Below, piece by piece: positions 47,273-57,862 of a stretch of 64,000 nt of DNA. The DNA is taken from positions 26,596 to 90,595 of the IMG/VR virus record IMGVR_UViG_3300032312_001822. The stretch is one strand, 5' to 3'. Each line of letters opens with the position of its first letter. The stretch's first letter is position 1. The stretch is from a virus (taxonomy: Duplodnaviria > Caudoviricetes). The position numbers were made by a program, and so were the translations under genes. The notes under the pieces are model-generated. The model was not told the origin of the DNA. It ran no database searches and saw only the letters and a list, made by a program, of their open reading frames with translations.

Positions 47273-48208
47273 ATGGTAAATGGGATTTTATTAGGTTTAG
47301 TACAATCAGTACTAGGAAAGGGGCATGTTACTTCAAAAGGTAATTATGCCTTCCAATGTCCTGTCTGCAACCATAGAAAACCTAAATTAGAAGTTAATTT
47401 AATTCCAACTACTAAAAATGAAAATCCTTGGCATTGTTGGGCGTGTGATGTTAAAGGTAAATCTTTATCTTCTTTATTTAAAGTAATTAAAGTTGATGGA
47501 AGTAAATATTCTGAATTAAATTCTATATTAGGTACAACATATAAAACTGATAGAGTTGAAAATGAAAAACCTGTAGAATTGCCTAAAGAGTATAAACCCT
47601 TATTTAACCTTAATAAATCAGATATTATAGCTAGACACGCTTTAGCTTATATTAAGTATAGAGGAATCACTTCAGAAGACATATTAAAATATCAAATAGG
47701 CTACTGTGAATCAGGCCAATACTCGAATAAAATTATAATTCCCAATTATTCCGCGGATGGTAAACTTAATTACTTTATAGCGCGTTCTTTTGAAAAAGAT
47801 CCTACTAGAAAGTATGACGCTCCATCCGCTGATAAAAATGCTATAATAGGCTTTGAAAATTTAATTAATTGGGACTTACCTATCATATTATGTGAAGGCG
47901 CATTTGATGCCATTGCTATTAAAAGAAATGCTATACCATTATATGGTAAAACTTTATCAAAAGCTTTAACTAAAAAATTATTAACAAATAGTGTTAAAAA
48001 TATTTACTTAGCTTTAGACAGTGATGCTTTAAAAAGTACACTTAAAATTGCCGGAGATCTACTCCAATCAGGAAAAGAATTGCATGTTATAAAATTAGAA
48101 GGTAAAGATCCATCAGATATGGGTTTCGCTCATTTTACAACTTTAGTGCAACAAGCTGAACAATTTACTTTTTCTGATCTATTTCAACTTAAATTAGAAG
48201 TAAACTAA
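47273..48208 (+). CDS. DNA primase (zinc finger + TOPRIM)
   Basis: FQCPVCNH..WHCWAC; IILCEGAFDA; LALDSDA; KDPSD. Confidence 0.93.
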   Translation: MVNGILLGLVQSVLGKGHVTSKGNYAFQCPVCNHRKPKLEVNLIPTTKNENPWHCWACDVKGKSLSSLFKVIKVDGSKYSELNSILGTTYKTDRVENEKPVELPKEYKPLFNLNKSDIIARHALAYIKYRGITSEDILKYQIGYCESGQYSNKIIIPNYSADGKLNYFIARSFEKDPTRKYDAPSADKNAIIGFENLINWDLPIILCEGAFDAIAIKRNAIPLYGKTLSKALTKKLLTNSVKNIYLALDSDALKSTLKIAGDLLQSGKELHVIKLEGKDPSDMGFAHFTTLVQQAEQFTFSDLFQLKLEVN

Positions 48209-48972
48209 TGAAAAAATCTTACGACAGAATTTTACAGATCTCAGATGACCATAAACAGATTACATTACCTGACTCAAGGTTTTATAGACGTAATGGAAAT
48301 TATTATCCTTCAGTAACACATGTTTTATCTTGTTACCCAAAAGGTCCTCATTTTGAAGATTGGTTAAAGAAGGTAGGTTACGCATCAGAATATATTGTAA
48401 AAAAAGCAGCAGAAGAAGGAACTCAAACTCATAACCTGTGTGAAGATTACTTAAATGGAGAAGAATGTTCATTCTTAAACCAATATGGTAATCCTGCTTA
48501 CTCACCTCATGTTTGGCAAATGTTTTTAAACTTTGTTAATTTTTGGGAAACTGTTAAACCTACATTAATTGAAACTGAAGTTCATTTATTTTCTGATAAA
48601 TTAAAAGTAGCGGGTACCTGTGATTTAATTGTTGAAATTAATGGTGAGTTATGGGTTATAGATTTAAAAACATCTAACCATTTACAAACAACATATGACT
48701 TACAAACAGCTGTTTATGGTCAATGTTATGAAGAATGTTTTGGTAAGAAAATAGACCGTTACGGTATATTGTGGTTAAAATCAAGATCTAGAGGTGAAGA
48801 TAAAGCTGGTAAAAAATTAAAAGGTAAAAATTGGGAAGTAGTTGAATCTGAAAGAACACAACAACAAAACCTAGACATTTTTATGAATGTTAAAGCATTA
48901 TTTGATTTAGAGAATCCATCTCCTAAACCTCATATATTAACATTAAGAACTACAGTTAAAAGGGAAGTATAA
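48208..48972 (+). CDS. PD-(D/E)xK exonuclease (RecB/Cas4-like phage exonuclease)
   Basis: YPSVTHVL, GTQTHNLCE, ETEV, AGTCDL, IDLKTS. Confidence 0.88.
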   Translation: MKKSYDRILQISDDHKQITLPDSRFYRRNGNYYPSVTHVLSCYPKGPHFEDWLKKVGYASEYIVKKAAEEGTQTHNLCEDYLNGEECSFLNQYGNPAYSPHVWQMFLNFVNFWETVKPTLIETEVHLFSDKLKVAGTCDLIVEINGELWVIDLKTSNHLQTTYDLQTAVYGQCYEECFGKKIDRYGILWLKSRSRGEDKAGKKLKGKNWEVVESERTQQQNLDIFMNVKALFDLENPSPKPHILTLRTTVKREV

Positions 48973-48995
48973 ATATTTATATTAATAATGTACTT

Positions 48996-49748
48996 ATGAT
49001 CAAATTATCAACACTTTTAAAAGAAATTACAAGTAAGCCAAAAGCCATATTTTTAGCTGGCCCTGCTGGTAGTGGGAAAACTTATATTTCAAAACAATTA
49101 ATCCCTTCTTCATTAAAAGTTATCAATTCAGATGACACTTATGAGGAACTTTTAAAAGCAAGTGGTATTGGTCTAAAACAAAAAGATTTTACACCTGATC
49201 AATTATCTCAAGCAGCTAAATTACAGGCACAAGCTAGAAAAACTACTCAAGATACTCTAGCTAAATCTATTGAAGATAAAAATAATATTGTTATTGATGG
49301 TACAGGTGCTGCTTCAGGACCTGTATTAAAGAAAAAGCGACAACTAGAAGACTTAGGGTATGAGACATTAATGTTAATGGTTTATGTCTCTCCTTTAACT
49401 TCACTTGAACGTAATGCTCAACGTGATAGAAGTTTAATGCCAGGTATTGTTTTACGTACATGGAGAGATGTTAATAAGAATATTGACACTTATAGACAAG
49501 CATTTGGTAATGATTTTATATTACTAGATAATAATCCAGAAAATACTAATAAAGGATTCTCAAATGAATTAATAGCTCCTTACATTCAAGATTCAGCCGC
49601 TGTAGGTAAACCAAAAACACCTGAAGAAATGGCTAAATCTAAAGCTGAAAAAGATGCTTTAAATCAAGATATTGAATCAATGGTAAAAACTTTACCTAAA
49701 TTTGATGATATAAGTTCTGCTAAATCTAAAATACAAAATTTTATATAA
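48996..49748 (+). CDS. P-loop kinase (zeta-toxin/AAA_33-like) with MIKL..LLKE leader
   Basis: AIFLAGPAGSGKT, INSDD, IVIDGTG, SLERNAQRDR. Confidence 0.8.
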   Translation: MIKLSTLLKEITSKPKAIFLAGPAGSGKTYISKQLIPSSLKVINSDDTYEELLKASGIGLKQKDFTPDQLSQAAKLQAQARKTTQDTLAKSIEDKNNIVIDGTGAASGPVLKKKRQLEDLGYETLMLMVYVSPLTSLERNAQRDRSLMPGIVLRTWRDVNKNIDTYRQAFGNDFILLDNNPENTNKGFSNELIAPYIQDSAAVGKPKTPEEMAKSKAEKDALNQDIESMVKTLPKFDDISSAKSKIQNFI

Positions 49749-51388
49749 TGAATATAGGTGAAGAAATAGTATCACAATTATTAGAAGAGTCAACTCCTAT
49801 AATAGCTTTATACCCAGGTAAATTCAAACCACCCCATGCTGGTCATTTTGATGTGGTTACTAAAGCCGCTGAAATAGCGGATAAAGTTATTGTGATAATG
49901 TCTCAAGGTTCTAAAGATGAATTTACAGCTGAGGATTCAATGAAAGTTTGGAGACTATATGAAGATCTTTTACCAGGTAATGTTCAAATATTAATATCAG
50001 GTAAATCATCACCTGTAAGTGAAGTGTTTGATATTATAAAAGATAAAGCAACAGATTTTATTGTACTATATGGTAAGGGTGAAGAAAGTAGATATAGAGC
50101 TATAGAAAAAGATCCTAATACTTACTCTAATGTTAAAATAGTAGATGCAGGTACTTTTGAAAGTTTAAACGCTACTGATTTAAGAACAGCTATTAGAAAT
50201 AAAGATTTAGAAGATATTCAAAAATTCTTACCTAAGGGTATTGATGCTAAAAAGGTATTAGATGTTTACACTCAGAAAGAATTTAAACCTGGTCCTATAT
50301 TACATGAGTCATTTACTCCTCAAAAAGCACCTTTAATGAAGAAATTTGTTGAGTATGCTTGTAATGAATTAAGTATTAGTGAACCTAAAATTAATATTAT
50401 AAACTCACCAACATACTCTCAAGAAAATCATAGTTTTGGAGGTTATATACCTTCAGAAGAAAAAATACTTGTAGTAGTACATAACAGAAACATGGCTGAT
50501 ATTTTAAGAACATTAGCACATGAATTAGTTCACCATCATCAGAAATTAAATGGAGATGAATTAGATGGAGAAGATGGATCTGAAACTGAAAATGAAGCTA
50601 ACGCTAAGGCAGGAGTTATAATGAGAAAATTTGGACGTGAAAATCCTGAAATATTTGAAAATGAATTAAAGGAAATGATGTATCCTCCATATAAAGCTAA
50701 TATGGTTGGAAAAACAAGATATAAAGCTTCTGATACTTTTACTAATGATCCTAAAGTTGCTATTAAAAAAGGATATTTAGAACAAAATATGGTTGAAGCT
50801 GATCCAAAAACTGGTACAGGTAAAAAACCAAAAGGATCAGGACGTCGTTTATATACTGATGAAGATCCTAAAGATACTGTGTCTATTAAGTTTAAAACTA
50901 AAGAAGATATAGTTGATACTTTAAATAAAGATTCATTTAAATCTAAACCTCATAACCGTCAATCACAAATTATTAATGTTATTCATCAACGTGTTAGAGC
51001 TGCTTATAGTAAAGCTAAAGATCCTGAAGTAAAATCTCGTTTAAAACGTGCTTTAGATTATATTGAAAGACGTAAAGAGACATCTAAAAAGAAAACAGAA
51101 CGTTTAAATAAAATAAAGGAAACATCAGATCCTCAATCAGGTAAATCAGCTCCTTATGGTTCAGGATTTGCCCCAGTTAAAGAATTAGTAACAGATACAG
51201 AAATAATTTGTGATAATTGTGGATGGGAATGGAAAATAGTAGATGGAGGAGATGATCTTTATATCTGCCATAAGTGTGGTAATGATAATACCCCAGAACA
51301 GCTAAATGAAAAATGTTGGCCTGGATATACTAAAAAAGGTATGAAAACCATGTTTGGTAAAAAATATCCTAATTGTGTTAAAAAATAA
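49748..51388 (+). CDS. Modular protein: HxGH nucleotidyltransferase + HExxH zincin-like domain + small basic and Zn-ribbon modules
   Basis: GKFKPPHAGH, LNATDLR; LAHELVHHHQ; CDNCGW..CHKCG; KCWPGY..NCVKK. Confidence 0.75.
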   Translation: MNIGEEIVSQLLEESTPIIALYPGKFKPPHAGHFDVVTKAAEIADKVIVIMSQGSKDEFTAEDSMKVWRLYEDLLPGNVQILISGKSSPVSEVFDIIKDKATDFIVLYGKGEESRYRAIEKDPNTYSNVKIVDAGTFESLNATDLRTAIRNKDLEDIQKFLPKGIDAKKVLDVYTQKEFKPGPILHESFTPQKAPLMKKFVEYACNELSISEPKINIINSPTYSQENHSFGGYIPSEEKILVVVHNRNMADILRTLAHELVHHHQKLNGDELDGEDGSETENEANAKAGVIMRKFGRENPEIFENELKEMMYPPYKANMVGKTRYKASDTFTNDPKVAIKKGYLEQNMVEADPKTGTGKKPKGSGRRLYTDEDPKDTVSIKFKTKEDIVDTLNKDSFKSKPHNRQSQIINVIHQRVRAAYSKAKDPEVKSRLKRALDYIERRKETSKKKTERLNKIKETSDPQSGKSAPYGSGFAPVKELVTDTEIICDNCGWEWKIVDGGDDLYICHKCGNDNTPEQLNEKCWPGYTKKGMKTMFGKKYPNCVKK

Positions 51389-51398
51389 AAAATAACTT

Positions 51399-51728
51399 AT
51401 GATAAAATTAACAAACATATTAACTGAAGTTAAAAAACTAAAAGAAACATTTGAAGAATTTGCTAATATTAGAGGTAAAGGTGCTGCTAAAATAGCATCT
51501 ACAGCAGAAGAAAAAGGTGGATTAGCTTTATTAACTTGGCATCATTTTAAAGTTAAAGCTCCTTACTATAAAAAAGCAGCTGAAGGTAAATTTGATAAAG
51601 AAGTAGCTATAAAAGAATTTGAAAAAACATTAAAAAGTATTTCATTAAATATGACACCAATTGAATTTCAACGTGAGGTTGGTAGATTAGAAGTACTAGG
51701 TGAATTGTTAATAAGAGATAAAAAATGA
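51399..51728 (+). CDS. Hypothetical protein with MIKL..ILTE leader
   Basis: MIKLTNILTEVKKLKE. Confidence 0.7.
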   Translation: MIKLTNILTEVKKLKETFEEFANIRGKGAAKIASTAEEKGGLALLTWHHFKVKAPYYKKAAEGKFDKEVAIKEFEKTLKSISLNMTPIEFQREVGRLEVLGELLIRDKK

Positions 51729-52387
51729 GTTATTTAGTAGCTAATATACCACCTGTAGAGGTTTTTATAAGAAAAGAATTTTTATATGATTTTCAAGCTG
51801 ATGAAAAAGGAAAACTTTTAGGTAAAGGAGAGTTTGAGTCTGCTCATTGGATAACAACAAAATCTATACCTAATCAGGCATTATATTTTGAATCATTTAT
51901 TCATGATTATGGAGCTTTATTTGATAAATTACCTATTCATGCTTTTGTTTGGAAAACTGATATAGATCAAAATAATTTATATCCATTAGATTGGTTACAA
52001 TTATGGGATGGTTTTTCATATAATATATCTGTTATTAAAAAAGAACGATTAAGAAATGCTCGTTGTGAAGTAATTATGAAAGATAAATCAAAAGCTCCAG
52101 GATATTATTTATTTACTATTGATTCATGTTCATCTGATCCAAATGAAGTTGATGTGTCATGGTCTGAAACTCCAAATGAACATAAATCTTTTAATATAAT
52201 TAAATTAGATAATGGTCAATTTGCAGCTCAACCTAATAATAGAATATTATGGAAGCATCAATCACAAACACCATCAACAGATTTAAAAATACCTTATTTT
52301 AGATTTTCAACTAAAACTTGGATATGTGAAAATTCTGATAGATGGACAGCTGCTGGTTCTACTACTTTTACATACTTAAATGAATAA
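51725..52387 (+). CDS. Conserved phage hypothetical protein
   Basis: YLVANIPP..FIRKEFLYD...DKLPIHAF...LDNGQFAAQPNNRI family motif. Confidence 0.75.
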   Translation: MSYLVANIPPVEVFIRKEFLYDFQADEKGKLLGKGEFESAHWITTKSIPNQALYFESFIHDYGALFDKLPIHAFVWKTDIDQNNLYPLDWLQLWDGFSYNISVIKKERLRNARCEVIMKDKSKAPGYYLFTIDSCSSDPNEVDVSWSETPNEHKSFNIIKLDNGQFAAQPNNRILWKHQSQTPSTDLKIPYFRFSTKTWICENSDRWTAAGSTTFTYLNE

Positions 52388-52390
52388 TAA

Positions 52391-52930
52391 ATGATATCAT
52401 TAAATAAATTATTTGAAGAAGAAAAACCAAAATTAAATTACAAAATTTATTGTGATATGGATGGTGTTCTAGCTGATTTTGAAGCTAGATTTGAACATTT
52501 TGCTGGTTTATCACCTGATGCTTACAGAGCTGAAATAGCTAAAAAGTATGGTGAAAAACAAGTAGATAAAATGTTTTGGGACCTTATTGATAAACAAATT
52601 GGAGTAAGATTTTGGAGAGGAATACCTTGGATGCCTGGTGGTAAACAATTATGGGAGTATATTAAACCATACAACCCAACATTACTATCTTCACCTTCAT
52701 GGGATCAATCAAGTAAAATGGGTAAATCATTGTGGATTAAGGATCATATTCCAGGTACTAAAGTTATCTTTAGACAAGCTAAAAACAAACCTGAATTTGC
52801 AGAATCCAATGCTATTCTAATTGATGATAGAGAAGATACTATTTTAAATTGGAAATCTAAAGGAGGTATTGGTATTGTATATAGAACAACTGATCAAGTA
52901 ATAAATGAATTAAAACAATTAGGGTTATAA
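52391..52930 (+). CDS. HAD-family 5'(3')-deoxyribonucleotidase-like protein
   Basis: IYCDMDGVLADF, LSSP, ILIDD; MISLNKLFEE leader. Confidence 0.85.
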   Translation: MISLNKLFEEEKPKLNYKIYCDMDGVLADFEARFEHFAGLSPDAYRAEIAKKYGEKQVDKMFWDLIDKQIGVRFWRGIPWMPGGKQLWEYIKPYNPTLLSSPSWDQSSKMGKSLWIKDHIPGTKVIFRQAKNKPEFAESNAILIDDREDTILNWKSKGGIGIVYRTTDQVINELKQLGL

Positions 52931-53499
52931 TGACACAATTAAACAAACAATTCTCAGAACGTGACGTACAACGTATGCGTAATATTATCACAGGTAATAC
53001 TGCAGATAATACTAGAATTCAAGCCGGTTATAGTAATAAAAAAGTACAACATACTGATGGTGATGTGTGGGAGGAAAACGGCAAAACCTGGACTATACAC
53101 AACGGTATTAAGCAAACTGTCACCAAACATGACGCGTTAAAAGCAATGGTTGAATTCCCACTTACGTGCCCTGAATGCAGTAAGTCTATGAAAAATCATA
53201 CACTAAATAAAAAAATGTATAACATACATAAAATGTGTTCTGATTGTGTAATTGAAATGGAGACCAAGCTTAAAATAAATGGTAAGTATGAGGAGTATGA
53301 AAAAAAGCTATTAAACGCTAATAAAAACACCTCAGCAAATGACGCAGAACAAATGTTTGAAGACTTTATTAATAATCCAACTAGTACATATGTTACTGAA
53401 GATGGGACAATTGAAAGTTGGACAGGCGGAGATATATCACCTGAATTGATAAAAACTGTAAAAGATAACATAAAACGATTAAGAGAAACAGAAATATAA
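52930..53499 (+). CDS. Zinc-finger hypothetical protein
   Basis: GDVWEENGKTWTI; CPEC...CSDC. Confidence 0.7.
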   Translation: MTQLNKQFSERDVQRMRNIITGNTADNTRIQAGYSNKKVQHTDGDVWEENGKTWTIHNGIKQTVTKHDALKAMVEFPLTCPECSKSMKNHTLNKKMYNIHKMCSDCVIEMETKLKINGKYEEYEKKLLNANKNTSANDAEQMFEDFINNPTSTYVTEDGTIESWTGGDISPELIKTVKDNIKRLRETEI

Positions 53500-53522
53500 A
53501 TATTTATATAAAAACTTAAACC

Positions 53523-54122
53523 ATGGCTAAACCAAACTTAAAAAACATCATTAGAGAAAGTATAACAGATTATTTAACTGAATTAAATACTGAGAAAGAA
53601 AATCAAGAAGAAGCATCTAGTGGATATATGGGTTACTCTGAAAAAGTCCTAACTGAAGGTGAATCTGAATTTGAAGATAAAGTAACTAAAGAACAAGGTA
53701 GTATTTTCTTGGTTCGTAAACCAACTAAAGATATGACTGAGGGAGGTATTGTTAATGCTGTCACACTTAAATCTCTTATAGGTGATGAGTATATTGGTGC
53801 TTATCCTACTACTGGTCAAGCAGCAGCTGCTGGTAAAAAAGCTTTAAAAGCTAGAGATGCTAAATTAAAAGAAAATATTGAGGTTGGTAAATCTAAAGTA
53901 GCTGAATTAGAAGCTAAAATTGAAGGTTTAAAAAAGACTATTGAAGATAATTCTACTAGAGCAGTTCACGATCCACAAAGAAGAGGTGAATTAACTGAAA
54001 CTAATGATACTTTATTTGCTCAATTAGAAAAAATTGAAAATGCAGTTGAAAAATTAAAAGGTGCGTTAGAAAAAGAATCTCCTAAAAAAGCTAAAAAAGA
54101 AAAAAAAGAAGATGAAGAGTAA
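53523..54122 (+). CDS. Coiled-coil late protein with IIRE/YLTE/VLTE motifs
   Basis: Late motif at 53500. Confidence 0.7.
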   Translation: MAKPNLKNIIRESITDYLTELNTEKENQEEASSGYMGYSEKVLTEGESEFEDKVTKEQGSIFLVRKPTKDMTEGGIVNAVTLKSLIGDEYIGAYPTTGQAAAAGKKALKARDAKLKENIEVGKSKVAELEAKIEGLKKTIEDNSTRAVHDPQRRGELTETNDTLFAQLEKIENAVEKLKGALEKESPKKAKKEKKEDEE

Positions 54123-56295
54123 TCAGATAAATACTTTTAAATCTCTACTTCATAAACTTATAAAAGAGGAACTTGAATCAGGAGAAGGCGATGAAAAACC
54201 AGCCGGACTAGAGAAAGTTAATTATGATTTAGTATTAGAGCCAGCAGACTTACAGTCTGCTCTATCTGCGTTAGGTGATATTAAAAATTATGGCATCTAC
54301 GCTAACAATTTAAGAGATCCTAAAATTATAACTAAAATATTTGGACCTAGCATTCCAGCTCAAAAAGCAAACACTGCTTGGAGAACTTGGGATGGTTTAA
54401 ATGATGAAGAAAGATTTGCTAAAGCAACTGACATTAGAAATAGAGTACCGGAAGCTTGGAAAGCATTAGAATCTGATTTACAAGGTAAATTTGAAGAGTG
54501 GATGGCTACTGAAGGTGAAGGTTCATTTATTGAATTTATATCTACATTATCTTCTACAGATTTAAGAAATGTAAAAAGTAATGGTTTCTTTGGTTCTAGA
54601 GGAGCTAATTATTACCCAATGAAAACACCTGATAACTTGAAAAAGTATAGTGGTGTTATGACTAAGGACAAAGATTATGTTGTAAGTGGAGATAAAGTTA
54701 TTTTCCCTCAAAAAACTAATCCATTTGAAACTAAAGATTACCTAACTAAAGTATTAAAAACTATAATGGGTAATGCTAAACTTCAATATAACTTAGCTCA
54801 AAAAGAAGCGGATGATCAACCAACAACTACTTCTAATACACAGGGTGCGGTTGAGAAGATTAATTTTGTTAAAACGTTTGATAGTCCTGAATTAGCGAAA
54901 AAATTTATGCGTCTTATACCTAAAGATTTCGCTCCAAAAACTTCAATGGAAGGTACCAAAATAACTGTGTCTGATATTACAGACCCTCAAAAGAAAAACC
55001 TTATGGCAACAGCATTAAAATTTATATCTGATAATACTAAAAAACCAGTTAAAGAATCTCTAACAGGAGGATACCCTCATAAAAGAACATCAGGTGTTGA
55101 TTTTGAAAAAATTGAAATCACTGAACCAATGGATGACAATACTAAAAATCGTTTTATTAAACGTTTTAGAGATGCAGGTTGGGATGCTAAACCTAATAAT
55201 GGTGGTGGTATAACTGCTATTAAAAAAGCAAATATAAAAGAATCATCTAAAAAACCAGTTAAAGAATCAATCAAAGATCAAGTTCATAGATTAATTCAAG
55301 AGGTGTTAGATGAAAAGAAACTAACTGTTAAAGAAAAAAATAAAAAAGAAGATATAGTTAAAAGTTTAAAGAAATCAGGATTCAAAAAAGATGATCCTGC
55401 TCTTTATGCTATTGCAACTGCTAAAGCTAAAAAATTAGCTGAGAAAAAATTCCCTGATTTAACAGGTGATGGTAAAGTAACTAGAGCTGATATCTTAAAA
55501 GGTAGAGGAGTAGACTTTAAAAATGAAGACTTAGATGTAGGTCATCAAGATGATGAACCATCAATGTTAAAAAGTGATGTTTATAGAATAGCTAAAATGG
55601 CTGCTATGTTATACAAACAACTTAATAACTATGATAACATGGGAGAAGTTGATTTTCCTCACTGGTGGCAAGCTAAAATTATTAAAGCATATGATTACTT
55701 ACAAAGTGCTTATGGGTACTTAGATGGTGAAGAAAAAACAGCTGCTATTGATTATATGATGAATGAAAATGAAGAAGGTGATGTAGTAGATACAGTAACA
55801 CTAGATATTCCTTTATTTATCCGTATGTTAGAGTATGCTAAAGAAGATGCTCAAACTGATATGGATTTACATGATGCAGCTGAAAAAGCTATAGCATTAA
55901 ATAAAAGTAAAGAAATGTTATCAATGGAAGATTATAATAGTATAATAGGAGATAATAATGAAGAATTAAATGAAGGTAATTTTGATTCTCAATATTACAA
56001 ACCTTATATTACTAGAGATCCAAACAACCCTAACTTTATAAAAGTATTTATAAAATACCCAGAAGGAGAAGGAACTTTAACTGCTTTAGGGCAAAGAACA
56101 ATGTCAGGTCAAGAAAGAGATTTTGGTGCTAAAAAAGCAATGGATATTGCTCAATTAGTAGCTTATAAATTAGAAGATACTTATAACTTAGAAGATATAG
56201 ATATAACAGATAATGAAAATGGAAAAGTAGTAGTATTTGCTGTATCAGATGATTTTATTAAAACCTCACCTAAATTAGAAGAAAATAAAAAGTAA
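54112..56295 (+). CDS. Modular polyprotein-like protein (727 aa)
   Basis: Domains separated by IKE/VKE/LDE/LNE; includes EF-hand/dockerin-like [21 protein letters not shown] and [12 protein letters not shown] modules. Confidence 0.75.
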   Translation: MKSNQINTFKSLLHKLIKEELESGEGDEKPAGLEKVNYDLVLEPADLQSALSALGDIKNYGIYANNLRDPKIITKIFGPSIPAQKANTAWRTWDGLNDEERFAKATDIRNRVPEAWKALESDLQGKFEEWMATEGEGSFIEFISTLSSTDLRNVKSNGFFGSRGANYYPMKTPDNLKKYSGVMTKDKDYVVSGDKVIFPQKTNPFETKDYLTKVLKTIMGNAKLQYNLAQKEADDQPTTTSNTQGAVEKINFVKTFDSPELAKKFMRLIPKDFAPKTSMEGTKITVSDITDPQKKNLMATALKFISDNTKKPVKESLTGGYPHKRTSGVDFEKIEITEPMDDNTKNRFIKRFRDAGWDAKPNNGGGITAIKKANIKESSKKPVKESIKDQVHRLIQEVLDEKKLTVKEKNKKEDIVKSLKKSGFKKDDPALYAIATAKAKKLAEKKFPDLTGDGKVTRADILKGRGVDFKNEDLDVGHQDDEPSMLKSDVYRIAKMAAMLYKQLNNYDNMGEVDFPHWWQAKIIKAYDYLQSAYGYLDGEEKTAAIDYMMNENEEGDVVDTVTLDIPLFIRMLEYAKEDAQTDMDLHDAAEKAIALNKSKEMLSMEDYNSIIGDNNEELNEGNFDSQYYKPYITRDPNNPNFIKVFIKYPEGEGTLTALGQRTMSGQERDFGAKKAMDIAQLVAYKLEDTYNLEDIDITDNENGKVVVFAVSDDFIKTSPKLEENKK
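55037..55268 (+). repeat. 22-bp in-frame direct repeat flanking a 70-codon module
   Basis: CTAAAAAACCAGTTAAAGAATC at 55037-55058 and 55247-55268. Confidence 0.85.
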
Positions 56296-56297
56296 GA

Positions 56298-57143
56298 ATG
56301 AAAATTAATCAAATTAAAGAATTAATTAGAGAAGCAGTTCAAGCTATTTTTGAAGCTGATATACAGTACAACGAAGGAGACAGAGTAGAAATAGACTCAT
56401 CTTACGGTGGGGGTATTGGTACTGTAGTTTTAGCTAAACATCCTTTTTATGCTATTAAATTTGACCAAACAGGTACAACAGATTCATTTCACTTTTCTGA
56501 TCTAAGACCATTTGATGACGCTGAAGAAGAAGAAAAGAATGCTGATATAGATACAGGTCTAAATGAGAATGTATTATTACATGAAGGTATTAAAACTTCA
56601 TCTAATTTAAAATATCACTTAAATAAAAATTTACCATTACATGAAAACATATTCAGATATGGTTCAGATGCTCAATTAGAGTTATTTAGAGAAGCAAGAG
56701 AATTACATGGTAAAGGATTACTTTATTTAAACTCACATGATAGATGGTTAATAGAAAATACTAGTATTGGTGAGTATGGGGAATTTGAAGGTAAATTAGT
56801 TTCATTAGATGTACCTTTTGTTGAAGAAGAAGTTTTAACTGAAGCTGAATATCAAGGTAAAGAAGTACCACTTGGAAAACCAAAACGTGGTGGTTCTAAA
56901 AAATTCTATGTTTATGTTAAAAATCCTAAAACAGGTAAAGTAAAAAAAGTACAATTTGGTGCTGCAGGTGGTGGACAAAATCTATCAGTTAAACTTAGAG
57001 ATCCTAAAGCAAGAAGAGCTTTTGCATCTCGCCAAAACTGCGCTAGAAAAAAAGACAGAACAACACCAGGATACTGGTCTTGTAATATAGGTAGATATTG
57101 GAAATCACTAGGAGGTGGTTCAAACTTTAGCGGATACTGGTAA
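56298..57143 (+). CDS. Modular protein: KOW/SH3-like domain + basic Cys-containing C-terminal domain
   Basis: MKINQIKELIRE; GDRVEI..GIGTVV; KKFYVYV..VQFG..RAFASRQNC..GYWSC. Confidence 0.72.
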   Translation: MKINQIKELIREAVQAIFEADIQYNEGDRVEIDSSYGGGIGTVVLAKHPFYAIKFDQTGTTDSFHFSDLRPFDDAEEEEKNADIDTGLNENVLLHEGIKTSSNLKYHLNKNLPLHENIFRYGSDAQLELFREARELHGKGLLYLNSHDRWLIENTSIGEYGEFEGKLVSLDVPFVEEEVLTEAEYQGKEVPLGKPKRGGSKKFYVYVKNPKTGKVKKVQFGAAGGGQNLSVKLRDPKARRAFASRQNCARKKDRTTPGYWSCNIGRYWKSLGGGSNFSGYW

Positions 57144-57862
57144 TGGATAATTTAAACGAAAAAGAAAAACGTGATAGATGTTTACGTATAGCAGATCGTA
57201 AGTTTGATAAACCATCAGCTTATAAATCAGGTGCTGTAGTTAGATGTCGTCAAGGAGATATATGGAAAGGGATAAAAGAAGTTCTTAATGAACTTTTATC
57301 TGAAGATGAATCACTCCATAAATGGTTTAAACGTTCAGGTCCTAAAGGTAAAGAAGGTGGATGGGTAGACTGTAATGCACCTGATGGTAAAGGAGGATAT
57401 AAATCTTGTGGTAGAAAAAAAGGTGAAAAACGTTCTAAATACCCGGCTTGTAGACCTACTCCTGCTGGATGTAAAAGAAAAGGTAAAGGTAAAACTTGGG
57501 GTAAAACTAAAGAAAATATGATAAAATTAAAAGACTTAATCCTAGAATTAGATTCAGAAAAAATATTCCATATAGAAGGAACTATTATAATTGATAACCA
57601 AAAACGTGATGTTCAGGATATATTATCTGATGTTAGAGCTTTACCTGGTATCACTGTTGTACGTAATGTAGAATTACCACAAGATGCTACTTCTCGTTAC
57701 TTTAGAAGTTCCCTTGAAATTAAAGTAGATCCTTATCCTTACATCAAACAAAATAAATTTGATGGTAAAGCTACACTTGAAGCTGTAGCAAACAATATAA
57801 AAATAATTCCAGGAGTAATAGGATTCAAACAAACCGCTGAACCATACGCATCAGACTTATAA
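57143..57862 (+). CDS. Modular basic/Cys-rich protein with an internal MIKL..LILE segment
   Basis: SAYKSGAVVRCR; LHKWF..WVDC..YPACRP; internal ATG at 57518. Confidence 0.72.
   Translation: MDNLNEKEKRDRCLRIADRKFDKPSAYKSGAVVRCRQGDIWKGIKEVLNELLSEDESLHKWFKRSGPKGKEGGWVDCNAPDGKGGYKSCGRKKGEKRSKYPACRPTPAGCKRKGKGKTWGKTKENMIKLKDLILELDSEKIFHIEGTIIIDNQKRDVQDILSDVRALPGITVVRNVELPQDATSRYFRSSLEIKVDPYPYIKQNKFDGKATLEAVANNIKIIPGVIGFKQTAEPYASDL

Noticed and set aside
50948-50957. Third CCTCATAACC match
   Set aside because: It lies inside a coding region (K-P-H-N) without the flanking stem or anti-leader tail, so it is likely chance.
44087-52820. Alternative-frame + strand ORFs 44087-44269 and 52638-52820
   Set aside because: They are nested out of frame inside longer recognisable genes. 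The poly-Q in 44087 is just the Thr-codon repeat read in another frame.
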